Source: Candidatus Wolfebacteria bacterium RIFCSPLOWO2_01_FULL_47_17b (GTDB lineage: Bacteria; Patescibacteriota; Minisyncoccia; UBA6257; JAGOQP01). Taken from it: DNA of 55,302 bases. Each line of letters opens with the position of its first letter. Position 1 is the stretch's first letter. Where the stretch lies: the NCBI GenBank assembly GCA_001793865.1, contig MGIS01000010.1, forward strand, positions 1-55,302. Direction: 5' to 3'. The position numbers and the translations under genes were made by a program. This document shows positions 1 through 8,634 of the stretch, piece by piece. Under the pieces are notes generated by a model, which saw only the letters and a list, made by a program, of their open reading frames with translations, did no database searches and had not been told where the DNA came from.

Positions 1-2744
1 GGAGAAGGGCGGGGGCTGGGAGAGCGTTTGATGGGAGAGCCGCCTCCACCGCCACCTCCGCCCGATCCTCCGCCGCCTCCTGATGATTGAGTGGGGGTTG
101 GGGAAGCTTGCGGGGTGGGCGAAGGAGATACAACTGAAGCTGAAGATGTGAGCTCCAGAGATGCAAGCTGGATGTTATATTCACGACCGGTGATCGTAAG
201 CGTATGCGTACCTGCGGTGAGTGTCCAGACCATGGGATCAAATTCGTTTGTATCAAAAGTGCCGGTGCCACGCAGGGATGCCAGATAGGTTGTATACGAG
301 GTACTTTGGCGCAGGTCGGATGTGTGATAGTCGTCCGTTGCGATATCAGCATCCCAGCCCAGATACAAGGAATCCTTTCCCCCGTCGGGCGCAATGGTGG
401 TAATGCGAAGCCGATACTCTCCGGTTGCGGGGATGGAAAATCGATAGGTTGCTTTTCCTTCTCCGGTGGGTGTGGTGATGTAGCTGGTGTCTACAGCCGT
501 CATAGGGGCCGTGAGGGTTCCTTGGTGGGCGGGAATGGTGGTATTGATGGAAAATATGGGAGTATTGCCTTGTGTCGGCGAAGGTGTGGCTTGATACTGA
601 TTGATCGTAACAGCAATGCCTGCCGAGGTGGTTTGCGCGTTACCGTCATCAGTTGCTTTAGCGATGAGGGTGTAGCTTCCGGCGGGAGGATTGGACCAGG
701 TATACGTATAGGGGGATGAAGCGTCTTCTCCTAGTTTGGTGGATTCTCTGAAGAATTCTACTTTGGTAATGGTGCCATCAGAGTCGGATGCGGACGCGCT
801 CAGCGTAAGAGATGATCCTGCGGGATGGGAGGCATTATTGGTTGGGAAGGTTATAGATACAGAGGGAGGGGTATTTTGAGGAGAGGAAGATGGGGAGGGT
901 GGCGTATATGTAGCACCGTATTCATACGCGCCTATATCAGGCTTTGATCCTCCGTACGGAAGCGATACGCCTTGACCGGAACTCCACGAAAGAGACGTAT
1001 TGACCGTCAGGGTATTTGAACCGTAGTTTACGGATGTGATTCGAGCAGTTTGCGATCCAATCTGTATTTCATCTCCTTGCACGATCCTCCAGCCGTCCAT
1101 GAAATAGCGGGCATCTTGGACAGGGATGGATGTACCGCTACCAGCGTCTCTGGTGGTAGTAAGAAAATCTCCCGCATCTCGCGCCGGTGAGTTGCTTTGA
1201 ATTGCAAAATTGCCTGCTGAAGGATTTATAAATTGAGGATTGCCGCCTATGTTGTTGCTGAACATGAAGCGGGTAACCGCAGATGCGGCCTCTGCCATGG
1301 TATACTTGCTATTCAAGTACTCAAAAACCTTCTCATTACTGTTCTCCACGATGTTATTTGCCCACACGTCGCCTGAAGGAGCCGGAGGAACGGGTGACCC
1401 TTCCGCCCACTGGAAGTACTTTATGACAGTGTCCCCGTCCTTGTGCGTGCCTACGCCGTTGTTGTACAGTATGTTGTTCTTAAAGATGTTGTCCCCATAG
1501 ATGCCGAGCGTGGAGCCGGCAGGACGCCAGTAAATGCCCGCATTAATGACTATATTGTAATTATTATAGAAGTTATTATTGTAAACTGCGTTACCGTTGA
1601 CATTGTTGACAAGCAGTCCTTGTTCGGGATGCCAAGCGCCACCTTCGCCTCCCCAAACGGAGGAACTGCTCCAGTACTGCCTGTCGCCCGAAAGCTGGAC
1701 AGTGTTATGCCTATATATTCCATACGGCTGCTCGGCATGCCAGGCCTCGCCACTATCCCCTCTTCCGCCAGACGCGTCACTATAATCCCGGGGGTCTGTT
1801 GGATCTAGAGTATTTCCGCTGCCGCACTTTTCAAAATAGTTCCCGTCAAAAACGTTGTGGTGGGCCCCCACTTGCACCGCAATGCAGTGATGCCAGTCGC
1901 TTACCAAGTAGTTATTCTTCACGATGTTATGATGGGGGTCGCGGTCATCACCGTTGCCCAGTCCCCCTAATAGTATCAGGGTGTGCGAACCCTGCTCCAG
2001 CAGGTTGTTCTCTATCAGGTTATGGTGTGAAGATCTAAGTATCTCTATCAGATCCTGGTAGCCATCGTTCCAACCAACCAGCCTGTTATTTCGTATGATG
2101 GAATACGAAGTACCCGATCCTCCGCCAAGCTGTACAGCAGGGTTAGAGTTGCTTCCTGTGAACTCCCCGTTCTCAATTATTATGTGATCGCTGTTCCGCA
2201 TGTAGGCGTAGTGGGCGGCATTCATATTTATGCCGGACACCGTGATGTATGACCTGCCCTCCAGGTCCATCACGGTTGTCAGCACCACGTTTGCCCCTTG
2301 AGAAGCTTTGTAGGTTATCCTCGCGGATTCCGAGGAACCGCTCCTTGCAGGCTTTATCTGATTCGTCCAGTCGTATGTGCCAGAAGCCAGGAGCACCGTG
2401 TCCCCAGCTTGGAGTATGCTGTTGGCCTTGGAGATCGTCTTCCATGGCTGGCTCTGCGTACCAGGATTATTGTCATTTCCGGATGTGGAAATGTAATACA
2501 TATTCCCGCTACCAAGCGTAGCACCCGCTCCTCTGGTGCTTACATAATTCACATCCGCGGGGCAGGTTGAAACACGCTCGCCTGCTTCAATAATGCCGTT
2601 TCCGCACGCAGATCCTCCTATTTGTGCTGTTAGGGGGAAAGATTTGCTTTGAAACGAATCGGATGAAATATAGAGAAAGATATTCGCCGCGACAAAAGCC
2701 AAAATGCCTATTGAAGCAATAGTACGTGTATATTTGGGCTGCAT
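1..2744 (-). CDS. Large secreted protein, 3'-truncated by the window edge: N-terminal signal/TM, right-handed beta-helix (DUF1565-like), Ig-like domain, S/T/P and poly-Gly linker
   Basis: Absent from the ORF track because there is no stop in the window. ATG at 2744 reads MQPKYTRTIASIGILAFVAANIF...YYISTSGNDNNPGTQSQPWKTISKA..LQAGDTVLL. The same frame reaches GGGGGSGGGGGGGSPIKRSPSPRPS at position 1, matching the linker of the paralogs at 8635 and 11358. Confidence 0.85.
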   Translation of the reverse strand, partial: MQPKYTRTIASIGILAFVAANIFLYISSDSFQSKSFPLTAQIGGSACGNGIIEAGERVSTCPADVNYVSTRGAGATLGSGNMYYISTSGNDNNPGTQSQPWKTISKANSILQAGDTVLLASGTYDWTNQIKPARSGSSESARITYKASQGANVVLTTVMDLEGRSYITVSGINMNAAHYAYMRNSDHIIIENGEFTGSNSNPAVQLGGGSGTSYSIIRNNRLVGWNDGYQDLIEILRSSHHNLIENNLLEQGSHTLILLGGLGNGDDRDPHHNIVKNNYLVSDWHHCIAVQVGAHHNVFDGNYFEKCGSGNTLDPTDPRDYSDASGGRGDSGEAWHAEQPYGIYRHNTVQLSGDRQYWSSSSVWGGEGGAWHPEQGLLVNNVNGNAVYNNNFYNNYNIVINAGIYWRPAGSTLGIYGDNIFKNNILYNNGVGTHKDGDTVIKYFQWAEGSPVPPAPSGDVWANNIVENSNEKVFEYLNSKYTMAEAASAVTRFMFSNNIGGNPQFINPSAGNFAIQSNSPARDAGDFLTTTRDAGSGTSIPVQDARYFMDGWRIVQGDEIQIGSQTARITSVNYGSNTLTVNTSLSWSSGQGVSLPYGGSKPDIGAYEYGATYTPPSPSSSPQNTPPSVSITFPTNNASHPAGSSLTLSASASDSDGTITKVEFFRESTKLGEDASSPYTYTWSNPPAGSYTLIAKATDDGNAQTTSAGIAVTINQYQATPSPTQGNTPIFSINTTIPAHQGTLTAPMTAVDTSYITTPTGEGKATYRFSIPATGEYRLRITTIAPDGGKDSLYLGWDADIATDDYHTSDLRQSTSYTTYLASLRGTGTFDTNEFDPMVWTLTAGTHTLTITGREYNIQLASLELTSSASVVSPSPTPQASPTPTQSSGGGGGSGGGGGGGGSPIKRSPSPRPS

Positions 2745-2785
2745 ACATACAGTATAGCATACCAAACCCGAACTTTTATGTGTAT

Positions 2786-2820
2786 AAAAAAGACCGTGAG
2801 CGGGCAACGCACGGCCTTCG
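2786..2820 (-). terminator. Probable intrinsic terminator of the 2846-3793 gene
   Basis: Minus-strand GC-rich stem (GGCCGTG...CACGGTC) followed by a T-run. Confidence 0.55.
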
Positions 2821-2845
2821 GCGTTTTGTTAAAGTAAGAGAAAAC

Positions 2846-3793
2846 TCACTTTAACAACACCATTTTTTTAGTAATTTTACCTTCATTGGTTTCAAGCGTA
2901 TAAAAGTACGTTCCGCTTGAAAGACTTGAGGCATCAAACTGGATATCATATTCCCCGGCCGGCTTTTCTTCATTCACCAGAGTTACAATTTCGTTCCCTA
3001 AGACATTATACACCGTTATTTTTATTCGTCCGGTATACGGTATACGATATACGATATACGTATTCGGATTGAACGGGTTCGGATAATTCTGATGAAGCGC
3101 AAATTTTTCCGGTGTAGCGGTTGGGTCATCAACACCGGTAATGGAATCTCCAAACGAATCAACGATTGTTATGGTTCCATTATAGTCATATTGATAACGA
3201 ATATTATCAAGTATAAAACTGGATGTGGCTACGGCTTGCGTTGAAGATATTGCAAGAACATCTACATCAATATTCGCAATGGTTCCTTTCTGATGTTCCT
3301 CTGGGATATCAATAACGATAGTCTCCCATTCATTAATCGCTCTTCTAGTAACACTTACGTATACCAGATCCCCGATCTTGAGAACAAAATTGCGTTCACC
3401 AGCAAGTCTTTTCTCACTTGCAAATATCCGGATTTCATCAAAAGCAATTTTTGCTAGTTTCCCAAGTGAAGTTTGAATAATTATACCAACGGAGATACTT
3501 AGAGAATCAGCTCCAGTTAAACTTGTCAATCTTCCATCAAGTAATACAGCCATCGGAGTAGAATGCGAAGATCCTCTCCAATATTTCCCACCGGTAAAAT
3601 AATTGGCTAAACCGTTCCATTCACTGGAGCCAGATAAGCTGAAAAGCCCCGCGGAACTTCCGTGCGTTGCATAATCAGAAGTTATGGAATGGTTTACGGA
3701 AACATTTGTGCCATATTGTCCGGGTTGTGAATTCCACTGCCCGAAAACCTGTACAGGAATTAGAAAAACGAAAAGAAACGATAAAAGTTTCAT
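2846..3793 (-). CDS. Secreted protein with a C-terminal T9SS type A sorting (Por secretion tail)-like domain
   Basis: Signal peptide MKLLSFLFVFLIPVQVFG; C-terminus FALHQNYPNPFNPNT...VYNVLGNEIVTLVNEEKPAGEY...LSSGTYFY...TKKMVLLK. Confidence 0.8.
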   Translation of the reverse strand: MKLLSFLFVFLIPVQVFGQWNSQPGQYGTNVSVNHSITSDYATHGSSAGLFSLSGSSEWNGLANYFTGGKYWRGSSHSTPMAVLLDGRLTSLTGADSLSISVGIIIQTSLGKLAKIAFDEIRIFASEKRLAGERNFVLKIGDLVYVSVTRRAINEWETIVIDIPEEHQKGTIANIDVDVLAISSTQAVATSSFILDNIRYQYDYNGTITIVDSFGDSITGVDDPTATPEKFALHQNYPNPFNPNTYIVYRIPYTGRIKITVYNVLGNEIVTLVNEEKPAGEYDIQFDASSLSSGTYFYTLETNEGKITKKMVLLK

Positions 3794-3857
3794 TCGGACC
3801 TCCTATGTTTTGGTTATTAAATTTTTAAGCTTTTAAGCCCCTGTATATCTATGTGCT

Positions 3858-3886
3858 AATATAGCAAAAACAAAGACGTAAGTCAA
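3858..3886 (-). promoter_or_regulatory. sigma70-type promoter for the 2846-3793 gene
   Basis: TTGACT-17 nt-TATATT on the minus strand; GGAGG Shine-Dalgarno before the ATG. Confidence 0.55.
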
Positions 3887-3972
3887 GGTCTTGCCATACG
3901 CATAAAAAATGGCTATTTAAGGCACTTTTTTACTGGTCTGAAACCGGGTAGTGAAAGTTCTGCGAACTTCTA

Positions 3973-4317
3973 CTACCCGGCAAGCTCAAACGCCAGAATG
4001 CCGAATTTTTTGATTTTCTGTTTATACATTGGAAATCCGTCATACATATCGAAAAACTCCCGCTTTGAATGCACGAATGGGTTAATGTTCCTGAAATCAT
4101 ATTTCTGAATAAGTGCGGGAAGATTCGAAAATTTTTCTTTCCGAGAAACCGTTTTTTTCAATATCTCCCCTCCGCACGAAAACACAAGCGTATCCCCTCT
4201 TTTTATGTAAATATACCGTGGCGAAGCCGCGCGGGTCTCTACGGATTTGGTACCGTCTTTAATCGCGTCAAAAAAATCTTTGTTTTCTCTGCGGAATCGC
4301 AATATATACGTTGCCAT
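3973..4317 (-). CDS. ASCH/PUA-like domain protein
   Basis: FDAIKDGTKSVETR...IKRGDTLVF motif (GxKxxExR). Confidence 0.75.
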   Translation of the reverse strand: MATYILRFRRENKDFFDAIKDGTKSVETRAASPRYIYIKRGDTLVFSCGGEILKKTVSRKEKFSNLPALIQKYDFRNINPFVHSKREFFDMYDGFPMYKQKIKKFGILAFELAG

Positions 4318-4321
4318 GTTT

Positions 4322-5353
4322 TTATTGATTCATCTCAGTCCTTCTAATCATAAATAAAACATTCTCATTCGCATTCTCATACAAAACTTCCTTTCCAGGG
4401 TGGTTATTTTTCCATACCCTAAAAATCTCATCCGCAAACCCCTGTCCGACTGTATCTACATTTTTGAAATCCAACACAATCGTTTTAAATTTCTCCAGCC
4501 CGACAAGAACTCTCCGCGCCTGCGAGCGGGATATAAAAGCAGTGTCGATTTGGTATAAATGAACTTTTGTTCTTGTTTTGCTAAACTCAAACAAATTATC
4601 GGTATATTCCTTAAAAACATCCGCGAGTTTTTTCTTTGAATCGACAGCTATATAGAAAAACACTCTCGTTCCCTGAATCGGTTTCATGTCTTTTATAAAA
4701 ATATCGTTTATTTTATTGTTAAAGATAAGTTTCTTCCCGGAACCTCGTATGGAAAACTCATCCGCGATTTTGGACGTGAAAAAAATCCCTTCTCCGCTGT
4801 GTTTCTTTGGAAGCGTCGTTTGCTTGCCTTTTAATAAATCCTGAATCGCCTCCATTTCGTTGTGCAGCTTCCGTTTTGCGCGTATATTCTTAAAAATACC
4901 CACCCCACGGTCTGCAACCTCAAACCATACCGCTCCTCCATTTCTTTGCATCAACACGACTATTCCACTCGAGCGTGAATGCTCAATCGCGTTATTCAGC
5001 ATCTCGGTAAAAGCGTACGCAATGATATCTCTCACGTTTTTCGGCAATTTTATAAAAATGCCACTGCTGTTTTGTATATCTTGAAATATCCTATCTTCGG
5101 AAAGATTCTTGTTTTTTAGTACTTTTCTTATCGTCAAAATACTATTCTTCATCCCCCTTTCTTTCGACGCAAAAACATAGCGTGCCTTATTTGCCTTTCC
5201 AATAAGCAATATTTTTCGGTCTTCCACAAGTTTTTTAAAAAACGTATGTATATATGCGCGCGAAAAACCGGTTATCTTGACTATATCCGCAACCGTCACT
5301 TCTTTTTCTTTGGAGAGCTGGGATATGATTATTTCTTCTAGGTTTTTTTTCAT
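4322..5353 (-). CDS. HTH + HATPase (anti-sigma-like kinase) + STAS-like DUF4325 protein
   Basis: N-terminal wHTH; EMLNNAIEHS, DRGVGI and GEGIF boxes; C-terminal LDFKNVDTVGQGFADEIF. Confidence 0.8.
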   Translation of the reverse strand: MKKNLEEIIISQLSKEKEVTVADIVKITGFSRAYIHTFFKKLVEDRKILLIGKANKARYVFASKERGMKNSILTIRKVLKNKNLSEDRIFQDIQNSSGIFIKLPKNVRDIIAYAFTEMLNNAIEHSRSSGIVVLMQRNGGAVWFEVADRGVGIFKNIRAKRKLHNEMEAIQDLLKGKQTTLPKKHSGEGIFFTSKIADEFSIRGSGKKLIFNNKINDIFIKDMKPIQGTRVFFYIAVDSKKKLADVFKEYTDNLFEFSKTRTKVHLYQIDTAFISRSQARRVLVGLEKFKTIVLDFKNVDTVGQGFADEIFRVWKNNHPGKEVLYENANENVLFMIRRTEMNQ

Positions 5354-5360
5354 CGTATTA

Positions 5361-5399
5361 TTGACAACTTTAGTATATTCTCAAAATAAAAGTTGTCAA
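5361..5399 (-). promoter_or_regulatory. Promoter with overlapping 11-bp inverted-repeat operator
   Basis: TTGACA-16 nt-TATACT on the minus strand; TTGACAACTTT (5361-5371) / AAAGTTGTCAA (5389-5399). Confidence 0.6.
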
Positions 5400-5426
5400 C
5401 AAGTTGTATGCTTCACACCAAAAATA

Positions 5427-7874
5427 CTATTTTCCATGGCACTTCTTATACTTCAGACCTGAGCCGCACGGGCAGGGATCATTTCTGCCCACCTTTCCGT
5501 ACGGAGAACTGCGCTGACTAGACGCAGAACTGCGCTGAACGATGTCCTCCGTATGTTTCAGTGTGCCTTCCGCGTCGTTCTGTGATGTAAACACATGCTG
5601 TACCACCCACTCTTCCGCGTCTGCCAAAAGCGTCTTGAACATATCATAGCTCTCGCGTTTATATTCCACCAATGGATCCTTTTGCCCGTACGCCCGTATG
5701 CGTACCGACTCCAGCAACGCCTCAAGGTTTTCCAAATGATTCGTCCAAAACATATCAATAGCGGCAAGCATTCGTAGTGGCGTCTGCGGATCCCTGGAAA
5801 GTTCCGCAACTTTCGCCTTGTCCTCTTCGGAGAGCTCACCTTTGCCTGTTTGTGCCAATACACTTCGTTCAACCATACCTCCAAGCAGCTCCTCGGTTTT
5901 GCCCTGCTCAAGTTGTTCCATAAGATTTTGGCGCTTCCGATAGACTGCGGTTCGCTGCCTATTTAATACGTCATCGTAGTCCAGAAGGTGCTTGCGGGCA
6001 TCAAAGTTGAGCCCCTCCACCTTTTTTTGCGCTTCGTCTATCACCTTGCTTACAAGACGGGATTCTATCGGTTCGTTATCGGGAATATTCAAGTTTCCCA
6101 TGAGCGATTTGATCCGATCTCCACCGAATATACGTAGCATATCATCCTCAAGCGATAGGAAGAACTGAGTTATACCTGGATCACCCTGGCGTCCCGAGCG
6201 CCCGCGAAGCTGGTTATCTATGCGCCGCGCCTCGTTGCGCTGAGTGCCGAGTACAAACAATCCCCCCGCATCACGAACACGCTGCGCTTCCAACGGATCG
6301 GGCGGATTTCCTCCAAGCACGATGTCTACACCACGTCCAGCGACATTCGTCGCGAGCATCACCTTACCGGCCCTTCCCGCCTGCGCGATAATTTCTCCCT
6401 CACGTTCGTGGTTCTTCGCGTTCAGTGCCTCGTGCGCAATGCCTGCGCCCGAAAAAAGTCCCGAAAGCCTTTCATTCTCATCTATGGATGTTGTTCCCAC
6501 AAGAACCGGCTGGCCGTGTTCCATGCATACCTTTACTTTTTGGATAATCGCGTCGTATTTCGCATCCTTCGTTTTATATATTCGGTCTCCCACATCTTTG
6601 CGTATGCGCGGTTTATGCGTCGGCACCTGCATAACTTCAAGCCCATACACTTTCCGAAATTCTTCCGCCGATGTCGCAGCAGTTCCCGTCATGCCGGACA
6701 TCTTTTCATATAAGCGAAAATAATTCTGTATAGTGATCTGCGCGTATGTTTTTGATTCCTGCTGAACCTGCACACCCTCTTTTGCTTCAAGTGCCTGATG
6801 CAAGCCTCCCGAGTATCGGCGCCCATGCATAAGCCGTCCGGTAAATTCATCCACGATAACTACCTGGCCATCCCGCACAATGTACTGCTTGTCACGATGG
6901 AAAAGCGCTTTTGCCTTGAGCGATTCCTCCAAGTAATGCACGAGCCGCACATACTTCGCATCATACAAGTTTCCTATATTAAGAGATTTTTCCACTTTTT
7001 CTATTCCGGCATCCAAAATGCTTACCGCGTGTGCCTTTTCGTCAACCGTGTAATCCGTCTCCGGTTCCAAACCGCGAACCACGTGAGCAAAAACTTTATA
7101 GAATTGGGCGGATTCCGCATCCGGCGCGGATATAATAAGCGGCGTGCGCGCTTCATCTATAAGAATGCTGTCCACCTCGTCAATCACGGCAAAATAATGT
7201 CCTCTCTGCACCTGTTGCGCTTTCGTATAAGCCAGATTGTCCCGCAGATAATCGAAACCAAACTCATGGTTCGTGCCGTACACAATATCCGCTTCATACG
7301 CTTCTTTGCGAGTTATGGGCCTTAGAAACTCCCGTTGAATTTTAAAACTGCCAATTTCATCCCGCTTCTGGTCTTCTTCAGGTACGGCAACACTCGGATC
7401 ATACAAATATGCCGCATCGTGCACTATACAAGAAACCTTCATGCCGAGAAGATGGTAAATCTGCCCCATCCATACCGCATCGCGCAGAGCCAGATAATCG
7501 TTGACTGTAATGACATGCACTCCTCCGCCAGTTGGCGGAACCGTAAGCGCACGCGCAAACACCGGAGCGGTCGCCGCAAGCGTCTTTCCCTCTCCGGTTG
7601 CCATCTCGGCTACCATTCCATCGTACAGCGCAAGCCCGCCGATCAGCTGCACATCAAAGTGGCGCTGGTTCAGTACACGTTTTGCGGCCTCGCGCACCAA
7701 CGCGAACCCGCGTTCAATATACTCTTCGGGAAGCAAGCGCAACCGTTTTGTTTCCGCTTTGAGTTCGTCATCGGAATATTTCTCATACTCCGTCTCAAGT
7801 TCGTTGATGCGCTGAACCCGGCCTTCATACACTGAAGTTCCTGTGCGCGAAAATAATTTCGATAAAAAATTCAT
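5427..7874 (-). CDS. secA: Preprotein translocase subunit SecA
   Basis: MATGEGKT, DEVDSILIDEARTPLIIS, QLRGRSGRQGDPG, C-terminal GRNDPCPCGSGLKYKKCHG. Confidence 0.98.
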   Translation of the reverse strand: MNFLSKLFSRTGTSVYEGRVQRINELETEYEKYSDDELKAETKRLRLLPEEYIERGFALVREAAKRVLNQRHFDVQLIGGLALYDGMVAEMATGEGKTLAATAPVFARALTVPPTGGGVHVITVNDYLALRDAVWMGQIYHLLGMKVSCIVHDAAYLYDPSVAVPEEDQKRDEIGSFKIQREFLRPITRKEAYEADIVYGTNHEFGFDYLRDNLAYTKAQQVQRGHYFAVIDEVDSILIDEARTPLIISAPDAESAQFYKVFAHVVRGLEPETDYTVDEKAHAVSILDAGIEKVEKSLNIGNLYDAKYVRLVHYLEESLKAKALFHRDKQYIVRDGQVVIVDEFTGRLMHGRRYSGGLHQALEAKEGVQVQQESKTYAQITIQNYFRLYEKMSGMTGTAATSAEEFRKVYGLEVMQVPTHKPRIRKDVGDRIYKTKDAKYDAIIQKVKVCMEHGQPVLVGTTSIDENERLSGLFSGAGIAHEALNAKNHEREGEIIAQAGRAGKVMLATNVAGRGVDIVLGGNPPDPLEAQRVRDAGGLFVLGTQRNEARRIDNQLRGRSGRQGDPGITQFFLSLEDDMLRIFGGDRIKSLMGNLNIPDNEPIESRLVSKVIDEAQKKVEGLNFDARKHLLDYDDVLNRQRTAVYRKRQNLMEQLEQGKTEELLGGMVERSVLAQTGKGELSEEDKAKVAELSRDPQTPLRMLAAIDMFWTNHLENLEALLESVRIRAYGQKDPLVEYKRESYDMFKTLLADAEEWVVQHVFTSQNDAEGTLKHTEDIVQRSSASSQRSSPYGKVGRNDPCPCGSGLKYKKCHGK

Positions 7875-8200
7875 TTGCGCTTCTCCTGCATTTTTTCCTT
7901 ATACTGCTCAATTGCGACTTGCAGACGTTTTTTTGCGGCATCAACACCCTTGCGAACATCTTCGTCATACTGTTCAATCCGGATCGTCTTGCGAGGCAAT
8001 GCAAGCGTCACTTCCACGTAATACACCTTCTCGCCTTTGCGATGATGCCGAGTTGCGCGCGCGACCTCCACATGCAACGAATACTCGCCCTTTTCTTCAA
8101 GCCGCTTGAGAATTTTGCCGAGGGGTTCAAGACGCTTGTGTATATATTCGCGAAGCGCGTCTGTCAGTTCCAAGAGAGTACTCTTTAGTGATATCTGCAT
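7871..8200 (-). CDS. hpf: Ribosome hibernation factor HPF/RaiA
   Basis: LELTDALREYIHKRL...D..KGVDAAKKRL pattern; adjacent to secA. Confidence 0.85.
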   Translation of the reverse strand: MQISLKSTLLELTDALREYIHKRLEPLGKILKRLEEKGEYSLHVEVARATRHHRKGEKVYYVEVTLALPRKTIRIEQYDEDVRKGVDAAKKRLQVAIEQYKEKMQEKRK

Positions 8201-8244
8201 ATGTTTGTTTGACGGTTTTGATGGCAGTATAGCACACCAAAAAA

Positions 8245-8280
8245 CAACAAAAAACCCCTCACGTGTGGTTGAAGGGCTTC
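8245..8280 (-). terminator. Probable intrinsic terminator after the small basic ORF
   Basis: Minus-strand stem GCCCTTCA...TGAGGGGT followed by a long T-rich tract. Confidence 0.55.
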
Positions 8281-8295
8281 TTGAAAAGAATCAGC

Positions 8296-8376
8296 TTATC
8301 TCCTCTTCGATTTCTTTGCCTTTTTTACTTTCTTTGCCGATTTCTTTGCTTTCTTTGCTTTTTTCTTTGCTGGCAT
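8296..8376 (-). CDS. 26-aa Lys/Ala-rich basic peptide (MPAKKKAKKAKKSAKKVKKAKKSKRR)
   Basis: ATG at 8376, TAA at 8296-8298; TATAGT upstream and terminator downstream; too short for the ORF track. Confidence 0.65.
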   Translation of the reverse strand: MPAKKKAKKAKKSAKKVKKAKKSKRR

Positions 8377-8508
8377 TTTTTTGTATAGATTACTATACGC
8401 GCGCATCATTGTCGACGAATCAATGAACACGCACGCATTTATTCCTATGTACTAATTGTACCTCATGCAAAAAAAAATGAAATGAAAAATCTGTGGATAA
8501 CTTTCGAG

Positions 8509-8617
8509 GCGTACGGATATGCATTTCATTCAACTCGGGAGTTTTGCGTGCTCGCAAACTCCCTGCGCTCGGACCAGCCGTCCTGCGCGCGGTTTCATTC
8601 AATGCATATCCGTACGC
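8509..8617. repeat. Structured repeat element, copy 1 (17-bp terminal inverted repeat, internal hairpin, conserved core)
   Basis: GCGTACGGATATGCATT / AATGCATATCCGTACGC; core 8566-8595 recurs reverse-complemented at 20248-20277. Confidence 0.65.
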
Positions 8618-8634
8618 ACTCTCATTCAAAGATT

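Noticed and set aside
8492-8500. DnaA box TGTGGATAA as a sign of oriC
   Set aside because: Only isolated boxes (similar ones near 2780 and 47356); no cluster, no dnaA, and no switch in gene strand bias.
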